Origin: Bacteroidota bacterium
GTDB lineage: Bacteria > Bacteroidota > Bacteroidia > Bacteroidales > BM520
Assembly: GCA_002748065.1 (NCBI GenBank)
Contig: PDRJ01000026.1
Location: 5,770 to 69,769, forward strand
Length of the DNA stretch: 64,000 nucleotides
Direction: 5' to 3'
Part shown: in pieces, positions 27,522 through 34,365 of the stretch
Layout of the letters: each line of letters begins with the position of its first letter
Position numbering within the stretch: position 1 is the stretch's first letter
The notes under the pieces: model-generated
Databases searched by the model: none
The model's input: the letters and a program-made list of their open reading frames with translations, nothing else
What the model was told of the DNA's origin: nothing
Translations under genes and position numbers: made by a program

Positions 27522-28334
27522 TTATTTATCTTTTATCTCCAAATTAACTTCCGTAGCAAACACCTCATCATCGGAGGTATCCACCAAAATAAAGGCTTTA
27601 TATGTACCCGAGGTAACTCCGTTAAGGGGCAGGCTATTCCGCACCGATAGTTGAGGATAGATTCTCGGGCTCTCAGCCTCCACCAACGCGACAGAGGCCC
27701 CTTTCCCATCAAACAGCTCCACCTTCAACTCCGGACGCAAGAGCAAGGTGCCGGTGTTCAACAGATCAAAGGAGAGTAACGGTGTATGTGCCTCCTCATC
27801 ATAACTCAATGCAAAGTTATCAAAGACGAGGTCTTTCTTTCCCTCACTACCCACATGCGTAACAATCTGCACCCCATAACGAATCAAAGAGCGCACCTGC
27901 ACCTCCCCTTCAACAGGCTTCTCAAAAGCCTCAATATCTACCCCCTCTACCATCACCATGCTCCAAAAGGTTCCCCCACGGGTCAAGGTATCGGGAACAC
28001 GAATTTCATACTGCAGCTGACCTTTACTGCCGGGACTCAGGGTGATAAAATTGGAAGCAAAGTGAATCCACCCCACGTTGGAGCGGGGATTTAACTCCTC
28101 TTCAGGGTCATCATAAAAAACCTCACCGGCAGCATAAAAACGGTAATCACGCATATACACCTTTACACGCCGTACCGACTTGGTCAGATTCTCCATCTGG
28201 ATACTCCCCCTATAAACCATGCCACTCTCCACACTGTACTCATGGGTTAAACCATTCGTTATTAAAAATCCAGAAGCAACAACACCAAAAACAACAAAAA
28301 AACAAAAAAAGAGAACCAATAACAGTCTTTTCAT
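27522..28334 (-). CDS. Secreted protein with two beta-sandwich-like halves (chaperone-like; resembles a DUF916+DUF3324 WxL-interacting protein by eye)
   Basis: N-terminal hydrophobic signal MKRLLLVLFFCFFVVFGVVASG. The first half is ..GSIQMENLTKSVRRVKVYMRDY...NVGWIHFASNFITLSPGSKGQLQYEIRVPDTLTRGGTFWSMVMVEG. The second half is ..LLSFDLLNTGTLLLRPELKVELFDGKG...GVTSGTYKAFILVD. There is no C-terminal TM. The start is taken at the ATG at 28334; the ORF track starts at a GTG at 28337. Confidence 0.65.
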   Translation of the reverse strand: MKRLLLVLFFCFFVVFGVVASGFLITNGLTHEYSVESGMVYRGSIQMENLTKSVRRVKVYMRDYRFYAAGEVFYDDPEEELNPRSNVGWIHFASNFITLSPGSKGQLQYEIRVPDTLTRGGTFWSMVMVEGVDIEAFEKPVEGEVQVRSLIRYGVQIVTHVGSEGKKDLVFDNFALSYDEEAHTPLLSFDLLNTGTLLLRPELKVELFDGKGASVALVEAESPRIYPQLSVRNSLPLNGVTSGTYKAFILVDTSDDEVFATEVNLEIKDK

Positions 28335-28347
28335 CACTCACTCAGCT

Positions 28348-28402
28348 TAAAAAAAGAAAAAGGAGAAAGCCTGCTTTTGTCACTAAGGTACAAGAACAGG
28401 CT
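28348..28402 (-). terminator. Intercistronic terminator-like hairpin (attenuator or 3'-end stabiliser) after the first subunit gene
   Basis: On the minus-strand RNA: AGCCUGUUCUUGU-ACCUUAGUG-ACAAAAGCAGGCU. This is 13 stem positions (11 Watson-Crick pairs, one G.U wobble, one mismatch) with a 9-nt loop. It is followed immediately by UUCUCCUUUUUCUUUUUUU. It ends about 14 nt before the next start codon. Confidence 0.55.
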
Positions 28403-28450
28403 CTCCCCCACTCTGCAGGGTTACCCTGCACTTCAAAAAACAAACGACGA

Positions 28451-29023
28451 CTAATCGGTTAAGGTATAAGTAACCGTCAAGCCTGTCGTTGTACCAGGTA
28501 CGAGAGTTGTCCAGTCATCCGCATCCAAAGAGTACACTAGTTTACTCCCGTTACCAGTACCATTACCTGTAAAACAACTACCAATACCCGTAATTACATT
28601 AGTTGCTGCAGAGGTAACCTCCACAGCACCCACAGGGTTACCCAGAGTTCCCTGTCCAGAGGCGATCGCCCCAGGAGTAACATACAATGACAACCCGGCA
28701 GGAACTGCCCCATCAGTTAATTTTACTGTCACTTTCCTCGTTGTCAAATCACTCAGGGAGGTGTAGTTCAACCATAGATCTTGACTTTGTGCCGTTTCCC
28801 CGGGTTCAAGACCAGCTTCCCCATTGGGGTGTGCTGTGGGCCACCCATAGGTTAGCGTTATGGTCTGCCCTTCAGCCTCAATATCCAACAGCGTAATCTC
28901 AGGTATTACGATTTCAATATTGTGCGTATCATCAGTATCATCACTGTGATCTTGCGCAAACAAAGGCGCTCCAAATCCAGCCAGTAGCACCGCTGCTAGG
29001 CAAAAGTGAAAAATCCTTTTCAT
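28451..29023 (-). CDS. Small secreted subunit-like protein, first gene of the operon (candidate major subunit; WxL-like / fimbrial-subunit-like)
   Basis: Signal peptide ..LLAGFGAPLFAQ. An acidic DHSDDTDDTH linker is followed by a beta-rich sequence: IEIVIPEITLLDIEAEG, LWLNYTS, VTVKLTDGAVPAGLSLYV, FTGNGTGNGSKLVYSL, and C-terminal GLTVTYTLTD. Confidence 0.7.
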   Translation of the reverse strand: MKRIFHFCLAAVLLAGFGAPLFAQDHSDDTDDTHNIEIVIPEITLLDIEAEGQTITLTYGWPTAHPNGEAGLEPGETAQSQDLWLNYTSLSDLTTRKVTVKLTDGAVPAGLSLYVTPGAIASGQGTLGNPVGAVEVTSAATNVITGIGSCFTGNGTGNGSKLVYSLDADDWTTLVPGTTTGLTVTYTLTD

Positions 29024-29058
29024 AGTTAAAGTTTGTTTGGTTAATTAATACAACGCTG

Positions 29059-29088
29059 CAAAAGTAAAACTTTTTAATAAAAAACAAA
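29059..29088 (-). promoter_or_regulatory. Candidate Bacteroidota primary-sigma promoter (-33 TTTG / -7 TAnnTTTG) for the five-gene operon
   Basis: On the minus strand, TACTTTTG (plus 29059-29066) ends 35 nt upstream of the ATG at 29023. TTTG (plus 29085-29088) lies 18 nt further upstream. The context is very AT-rich. Confidence 0.35.
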
Positions 29089-29182
29089 AAAGAATGTATT
29101 TTTTTTTACTTTTTTGCCTATCCTACGAGAAAAACGTGTAACCCCATCCCCTTTCCCACGTCATAAAGGAAAAATCACTATC

Positions 29183-29686
29183 ATGGAAGACAAACGATTT
29201 TACAGAAGTATCCGGCATCGCGTCATTGGAGGGATTTGTGGCGGTTTGGGTAATTACTTCATGATCGACCCGGTCATCATCCGGATTCTCTTTATCATCC
29301 TCACCTTTGCAGGAGGTGGGGGGCTGCTCATCTACATTATCTTATGGATTTTAGTTCCCGAAGAGCTCCCCCACTTTACCCAGAATCATAGAAATTATTC
29401 AACTCATAAATCAACCTCTTTTAACACGAATACGATGAATACAGAAAATGCACCTTATGAAGAGATGGAGAGCACTCCATCCGGAAACAACACCCCCAAA
29501 AAGAGCCCGGAAAAGAACAATGGCACCCTCATTGCCGGTATTATGCTTATTGTGCTAGGGTGTATGTTCCTTATGGATCGTTTTATCCCCCACATCAGTT
29601 TTGGCGACCTGTGGCCGCTCATTCTTGTGGTGATCGGAGCTATCCTCATCTATGAAAATTATCGGGACAAATCTTCCAGAAAATAG
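29183..29686 (+). CDS. PspC-domain membrane protein
   Basis: MEDKRFYRSIRHRVIGGICGGLGNYFMIDPVIIRILFIILTFAGGGGLLIYIILWILVP is a canonical PspC domain, followed by further TM helices. The start is moved to the ATG at 29183. Confidence 0.85.
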   Translation: MEDKRFYRSIRHRVIGGICGGLGNYFMIDPVIIRILFIILTFAGGGGLLIYIILWILVPEELPHFTQNHRNYSTHKSTSFNTNTMNTENAPYEEMESTPSGNNTPKKSPEKNNGTLIAGIMLIVLGCMFLMDRFIPHISFGDLWPLILVVIGAILIYENYRDKSSRK

Positions 29687-29839
29687 AAGAAACGGGGTTT
29701 AAAGGGGTGTTTTTGCCCACAAAAGAGGCTTGTCACTCCTTTCTCTTTTTCCTTTTTATGTTAACGAATCTCCATTATGATATGGAGGAGGCAACAAGCA
29801 GAGCCCCCTCCCTATTCACCCTAAACACGATAGCGCACT

Positions 29840-30784
29840 ATGAATTACAGAAAATTATTTTGGGGGATGATCCTTATCGTCTTTGGCATCCTCTTCATCT
29901 TACGAAACCTGGATATTGTGTGGTTTGGTTGGCGGGATATCTGGCAGTTTTGGCCGGTATTCCTCATCATCTGGGGAATCTCGCTACTTCCCCTAAAAGC
30001 CCTTTATCGCCTACTTCTCTCTTTAGCAGCCATCGTTCTGGGCATCATCCTTGTCCACCAATATGGCAGCCATGAACCCCTAATACGATGGAAGAACAAC
30101 GGAGCAGCGATCCAATTCTACAACCACCGTGATGACGACAACGAGGAGGAGGTCTCTGCCTACGAACAACGCGAAGGCTCCAAATCCATCCCCATGGACG
30201 AAACAGTCACCCACGCCGAACTAAACTTAGAGGTCGGAGCCGGCAGCTTCGACCTGGTGGGCACCTCCGACAAACTCATGGTGTGTGACTTTTCCATGGA
30301 AGACCTCTACACGCTGGACTCCAAGACAAGCAATGATCGGGCAACCCTCAACTTAAAAATGAAGGAGATCGACTGGAAAAAGCAACATCACAACAACGAA
30401 GTGGTGATGCGCTTGAACCAAACACCAGAATGGAGCCTTGATTTTGAGGTGGGAGCAGCCGATCTAAACATGGACTTACGCCCGTTTGATGTACGCGAAA
30501 TCACCCTCGATGGGGGAGCCTCCTCTCTGGAGTTCACCCTGGGAGAGAGAGCAGAAAAGCTCCAGATGGAGATTGATGCCGGAGCAGCAGCTATCACACT
30601 CCACATCCCTAAAGAGAGTGGCTGTGAAGTTACCAGTGAGTCCTTCCTCATCGACAAAAGCATGGAGGGGTTTACCAAGCTCTCCAAAGGACACTACCGC
30701 ACCGAAAACTTTGACACGGCACCCCATAAGATCTTTATTGACTTAGAAGCGGCCATCATCAGTTTCCACATTGATCGTTATTAA
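29840..30784 (+). CDS. LiaF/DUF4097-like 'toastrack' membrane protein (common partner of PspC-domain proteins)
   Basis: There are N-terminal W-rich TM hairpins (LFWGMILIVFGILFILRNLDIVWFGWRDIWQFWPVFLIIWGISLLP). The C-terminus is a repetitive beta-strand domain (..LNLEVGAGSFDL.., ..DFEVGAADLNMDL.., ..MEIDAGAAAITLHIP..). Confidence 0.55.
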   Translation: MNYRKLFWGMILIVFGILFILRNLDIVWFGWRDIWQFWPVFLIIWGISLLPLKALYRLLLSLAAIVLGIILVHQYGSHEPLIRWKNNGAAIQFYNHRDDDNEEEVSAYEQREGSKSIPMDETVTHAELNLEVGAGSFDLVGTSDKLMVCDFSMEDLYTLDSKTSNDRATLNLKMKEIDWKKQHHNNEVVMRLNQTPEWSLDFEVGAADLNMDLRPFDVREITLDGGASSLEFTLGERAEKLQMEIDAGAAAITLHIPKESGCEVTSESFLIDKSMEGFTKLSKGHYRTENFDTAPHKIFIDLEAAIISFHIDRY

Positions 30785-30890
30785 ATCGCCCTCAGGCCAG
30801 GGCATTCAAATGCATTAAGGACGCCTAAAGAGATCAACAAATGCCCCCCACAAGAAAGGCTTCCCCCAAAAAAGGTAGCCTTTCTCTTTT

Positions 30891-30931
30891 TAGACAGCCT
30901 CTTCTCAAAACGCTGACATCATTATACAGCC
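30891..30931 (-). repeat. Partial copy (left-end portion) of the MITE-like repeat family, inverted; forms a 27-bp perfect inverted repeat with 31797-31823
   Basis: tagacagcctcttctcaaaacgctgac (30891-30917) is the exact reverse complement of gtcagcgttttgagaagaggctgtcta (31797-31823). A degenerate TIR-like sequence follows it. Confidence 0.9.
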
Positions 30932-30953
30932 GACGCTATCCGGTAGGCACGGC

Positions 30954-31751
30954 TCAACCACAACAGGAAGCGAAGAATTTCTTTATGGCACGAAGGAGCG
31001 GTTCAGGAGCATCCACATGGATCCAATGGGAGGCATGGGGAATGGATTCTACCTTCTGATCACTCCAATATTTTTGAATAATCTCCTCATCCTCAGGGGT
31101 CACATAATCGGACTCACCCCCTCGAATAAACTTGACAGGCACGGAGGGCACGGCTTCTGGAGGCTCAATAGCAGCAGAGATATCCTCTAATGATGCCAGG
31201 ATGGCATCCACATTGGGTTTCCAGCCAAAGGTATTTTGCCCGGAGCGGTACAAATTTTTCATCACAAACTGCTGCAATCGCTCCCCTTGAATCGCACCTC
31301 GCACCACCTCCAGGATCTCACGACGCGATGCATAAATCCCCATATCCATCGACTGCATAAGGGTTGCCATATCCAGGTGAACCTGCCGGAGGTGATAGCG
31401 CACCGGACTAATATCTAACACCAAAGCCGCTCTAAGGGCGTGGGGAAAATCCTTGACAAACTGCAAAACCACTTTCCCCCCCATGCTATGCCCCATCAAC
31501 AATGGATTTACAATAGCGTGAGTCTCCATAAATTCCTCCAAATCCGACGCCATCGCTTCATAACGCATAATCGGATCGTGGGGGGAGAATCCGTGGTTAC
31601 GAAGGTCGGGAATATACACCGTATAATCTGCCCCCAATAGGTTACCATATCCTGCCCAATTATCCGACAATCCGAACAGGCCATGAAGAATAATCAAGGG
31701 GATAGCACCATCTCCATACTGTCTATAATTCAGCTCCATAATATCATTCAC
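30954..31751 (-). CDS. Alpha/beta-fold hydrolase (YbfF-like esterase family)
   Basis: ..PLIILHGLFGLSDNWAGYG.., the nucleophile elbow GHSMGGKV, and a C-terminal ..HASHWIHVDAPE.. His motif. Confidence 0.8.
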   Translation of the reverse strand: MNDIMELNYRQYGDGAIPLIILHGLFGLSDNWAGYGNLLGADYTVYIPDLRNHGFSPHDPIMRYEAMASDLEEFMETHAIVNPLLMGHSMGGKVVLQFVKDFPHALRAALVLDISPVRYHLRQVHLDMATLMQSMDMGIYASRREILEVVRGAIQGERLQQFVMKNLYRSGQNTFGWKPNVDAILASLEDISAAIEPPEAVPSVPVKFIRGGESDYVTPEDEEIIQKYWSDQKVESIPHASHWIHVDAPEPLLRAIKKFFASCCG

Positions 31752-31786
31752 AATTTAGTCTCTGCAAAGAGACACTAAGGAGTGTC

Positions 31787-31823
31787 TGTCCATAAAGTCA
31801 GCGTTTTGAGAAGAGGCTGTCTA
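31787..31823 (+). repeat. Partial copy (left end, 37 bp) of the MITE-like repeat family
   Basis: tgtccataaagtcagcgttttgagaagaggctgtcta matches the first 37 bp of the copy at 44922 except for one base. Confidence 0.9.
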
Positions 31824-31980
31824 GAAAGTTTACTCCGTATCTCTTACTACCTAAACCAAAGAATACCCTCTTTGTTTATTTTTACGAGGAGAGGCCGAAG
31901 GGAAGAAGTCATAATATTTGTTAAACGAACCCGCCAAGTCTACAGTAATTTGTAACCTTGCATCACAAACCTGTCAAACC

Positions 31981-32859
31981 ATGAGAATTGCACTATTCGG
32001 GACCCGCCTAGAATCGAAAGATCTTACTCACATTCAACAACTTATAACGATACTCGAATCTTCAAATGCCTCCTTGACGGTGTATGCACCCTTTTACAAA
32101 AGTATCCGTGAACATCTCACCTTTTTGAAGGAGCCCCACTGCTTTCATGGGAAAGAGGATATCCCCACCGACACTTCATTTCTGTTGAGCATTGGTGGTG
32201 ATGGCACCATGTTGGGGACGCTTCCTTTCGTCCACGACCGAAAATTACCGGTATTGGGCATTAACACGGGACGTCTGGGTTTTTTATCTTCTGTATCAAA
32301 AGATCACATCCAAAAGGCATTGGATGAGATTTTCGCTGGGGGCTATACGTTAGACAGGAGGACTTTGCTTCGCCTAAACTGTGCCGACAATCCGTTTGGG
32401 GATATTAACTATGCACTCAACGAGGTCAGTATTAACAAGAGCGACCCGTTGGTGATGCTCAACATAAAGGTATATGTAAACGAGCAGTATCTCAACACCT
32501 ACTGGGCGGATGGTCTTCTTGTGGCCACGGCCACCGGATCCACCGCCTACTCCATGAGTTGTGGAGGTCCAATCATCACTCCGGGAAGTCATTGTTTCGT
32601 GATCACCCCCATTGCATCGCACAATTTATCGGTTCGTCCCATCGTTATCCCTGATGAGAGCGTCATTCGAATCCACATCACCGGAAGAGAGCGGAGCTAT
32701 ATGGTAGGGTTGGACAGCCGCAGAGCTGAGTTCAATGCACCGACGGATTTCATGCTCAAAAGAGATCATGTTACATTCGATATGATAAGCCCCCGGAGCG
32801 AAGAATTTTTCAACACCATCAGAGAGAAATTGATGTGGGGGCTAGACATACGAAATTAA
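31981..32859 (+). CDS. nadK: NAD(+) kinase
   Basis: ..LLSIGGDGTMLGT.., ..GINTGRLGFL.., ..ALNEVSI.., ..DGLLVATATGSTAYSMSCGGPI.. are NadK motifs. The start is moved to the ATG at 31981 (MRIALFG). Confidence 0.9.
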   Translation: MRIALFGTRLESKDLTHIQQLITILESSNASLTVYAPFYKSIREHLTFLKEPHCFHGKEDIPTDTSFLLSIGGDGTMLGTLPFVHDRKLPVLGINTGRLGFLSSVSKDHIQKALDEIFAGGYTLDRRTLLRLNCADNPFGDINYALNEVSINKSDPLVMLNIKVYVNEQYLNTYWADGLLVATATGSTAYSMSCGGPIITPGSHCFVITPIASHNLSVRPIVIPDESVIRIHITGRERSYMVGLDSRRAEFNAPTDFMLKRDHVTFDMISPRSEEFFNTIREKLMWGLDIRN

Positions 32860-32906
32860 CTATGGCCACATTTGTAAAAAAATAGCGTACTTTTGCACCC
32901 TGATCT

Positions 32907-33596
32907 ATGAAAAAACTACTTGTATTATTTGCTTTCATTGCCATTGCATTCACTTCACAAGCGCAGCGAGGGGAGTTTGGTCCTATGATAGGAACAAGTT
33001 ATTACGTAGGAGATGTCAATCCGGGCTTACCATTTGCGGCACCCCATGTAGCTTATGGAGCGCTATACCGTTATAACTTCACACAGCGTTGGACCGTACG
33101 GGTAGCCTATTTACACGGAAAGCTCTCGGGCAACGATCGTTACCATGGCAACACGCCGGAACGCAACTGGTCTTTTCAAAGCACTTTCGATGAAGCATCC
33201 GCACAGGTTGAGGTTAATATGCTTCCCTACATCACAGGAGGGACCCACAACGTCTTTTCAACCTACCTTTTTTGCGGCTTAGCCGTGCTCTTTGAGCGAG
33301 GAGAGAGCAGTAGCATGGATCCCTCTTTTCAATTGGTAACACCCGCTATGCCCTTTGGGTTAGGATTTAAAATGAGTCTTAACAAATGGCTGTGCCTGGG
33401 GGGAGAGTGGGGATACCGAAAAACACTGACTGACAAGATTGATAATTTACCGCATAAAACCCCGGATCAGCGTCAACTCAGCGATTCAAAAAACAATGAT
33501 TGGTACTCTTTCGCAGGCTTAACACTCACCTACTCCTTGCGTTTGAAGGATGCCAAGCGTTGTACTACTTTTGAAAACCGCAAAGGATATTACTAA
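32907..33596 (+). CDS. Small outer-membrane beta-barrel protein (DUF6089/porin-like, conserved next to uppS-bamA)
   Basis: Signal peptide ..AFIAIAFTSQAQ. Amphipathic strands with aromatic girdles. Its position between nadK and uppS is the usual Bacteroidota arrangement. Confidence 0.55.
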   Translation: MKKLLVLFAFIAIAFTSQAQRGEFGPMIGTSYYVGDVNPGLPFAAPHVAYGALYRYNFTQRWTVRVAYLHGKLSGNDRYHGNTPERNWSFQSTFDEASAQVEVNMLPYITGGTHNVFSTYLFCGLAVLFERGESSSMDPSFQLVTPAMPFGLGFKMSLNKWLCLGGEWGYRKTLTDKIDNLPHKTPDQRQLSDSKNNDWYSFAGLTLTYSLRLKDAKRCTTFENRKGYY

Positions 33597-33612
33597 AAAC
33601 CAACCCCAACCT

Positions 33613-34365
33613 ATGGATTTAAAAAAACAGATCGACCTGAACAACGTACCGACGCATGTAGCTATCATCATGGATGGCAATGGACGTTGGGCCTTACAAC
33701 AGGGACGGTCGCGTAACTATGGCCATGAACATGGGGTTATTCCGGTGAGAGCGTGTGCTGAGGCTGCAGCTGAAATTGGCGTAAAATACCTCTCCCTTTA
33801 CGCTTTTTCAACGGAAAACTGGAATCGCCCCAAGGAGGAGGTTACGGCCTTAATGAGGCTATTGGCTGAATCCATTCATAAGGAGTTGGAAACCTTGCAA
33901 AAAAACCAGATCCGACTCTATGCCATTGGCGACATCACCAGCCTTGGCGAGGAGACCCATAAAAACCTCCTTAACGCCATGGAGGAGACGAAGGCGAATA
34001 CGGGACTTACCCTGAACTTAGCCCTCTCCTACAGCGGCCGTTGGGAACTCACCCAAATGGTCAAAGCAATTGCCTCGGATGTTAAAAAAGGGGTCCTCTC
34101 CACAGCAATGATCTCGGAAGAGACCATTAGTCAATATCTTGAAACCAAAAACTTTCCGGATCCGGAACTGCTCATTAGGACCAGTGGAGAACAACGAATA
34201 AGCAACTTCCTTCTTTGGCAAATTGCCTATTCGGAGCTCTACTTCACCGAACGACTATGGCCGGACATTCGAAAAGAAGATTTTTTTAACGCCATCATCA
34301 ACTTCCAACATAGAGAAAGAAGGTTTGGAAAAACCAGTGAACAGCTCGCAAATCACAATTCATGA
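33613..34365 (+). CDS. uppS: Isoprenyl transferase (undecaprenyl-diphosphate synthase)
   Basis: ..PTHVAIIMDGNGRWA.., ..LSLYAFSTENWNRP.., ..LIRTSGEQRISNFLLWQIAYSELYF.. The start is moved to the ATG at 33613. Confidence 0.92.
   Translation: MDLKKQIDLNNVPTHVAIIMDGNGRWALQQGRSRNYGHEHGVIPVRACAEAAAEIGVKYLSLYAFSTENWNRPKEEVTALMRLLAESIHKELETLQKNQIRLYAIGDITSLGEETHKNLLNAMEETKANTGLTLNLALSYSGRWELTQMVKAIASDVKKGVLSTAMISEETISQYLETKNFPDPELLIRTSGEQRISNFLLWQIAYSELYFTERLWPDIRKEDFFNAIINFQHRERRFGKTSEQLANHNS

Noticed and set aside
23670-29023. Calling the operon a classical chaperone-usher (Fim/Pap) or type V (Fim/Mfa) pilus cluster
   Set aside because: The subunits have no lipoprotein lipobox, which type V pili would need. 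I could not see PapD-type chaperone or usher sequence hallmarks either. Only the operon logic is similar, so it is reported as an unassigned candidate system instead.
29707-30075. 122-aa plus-strand ORF overlapping the start of the toastrack protein gene
   Set aside because: It lies in a different frame from the 314-aa ORF, which has coherent TM and beta-domain architecture. It is probably spurious.
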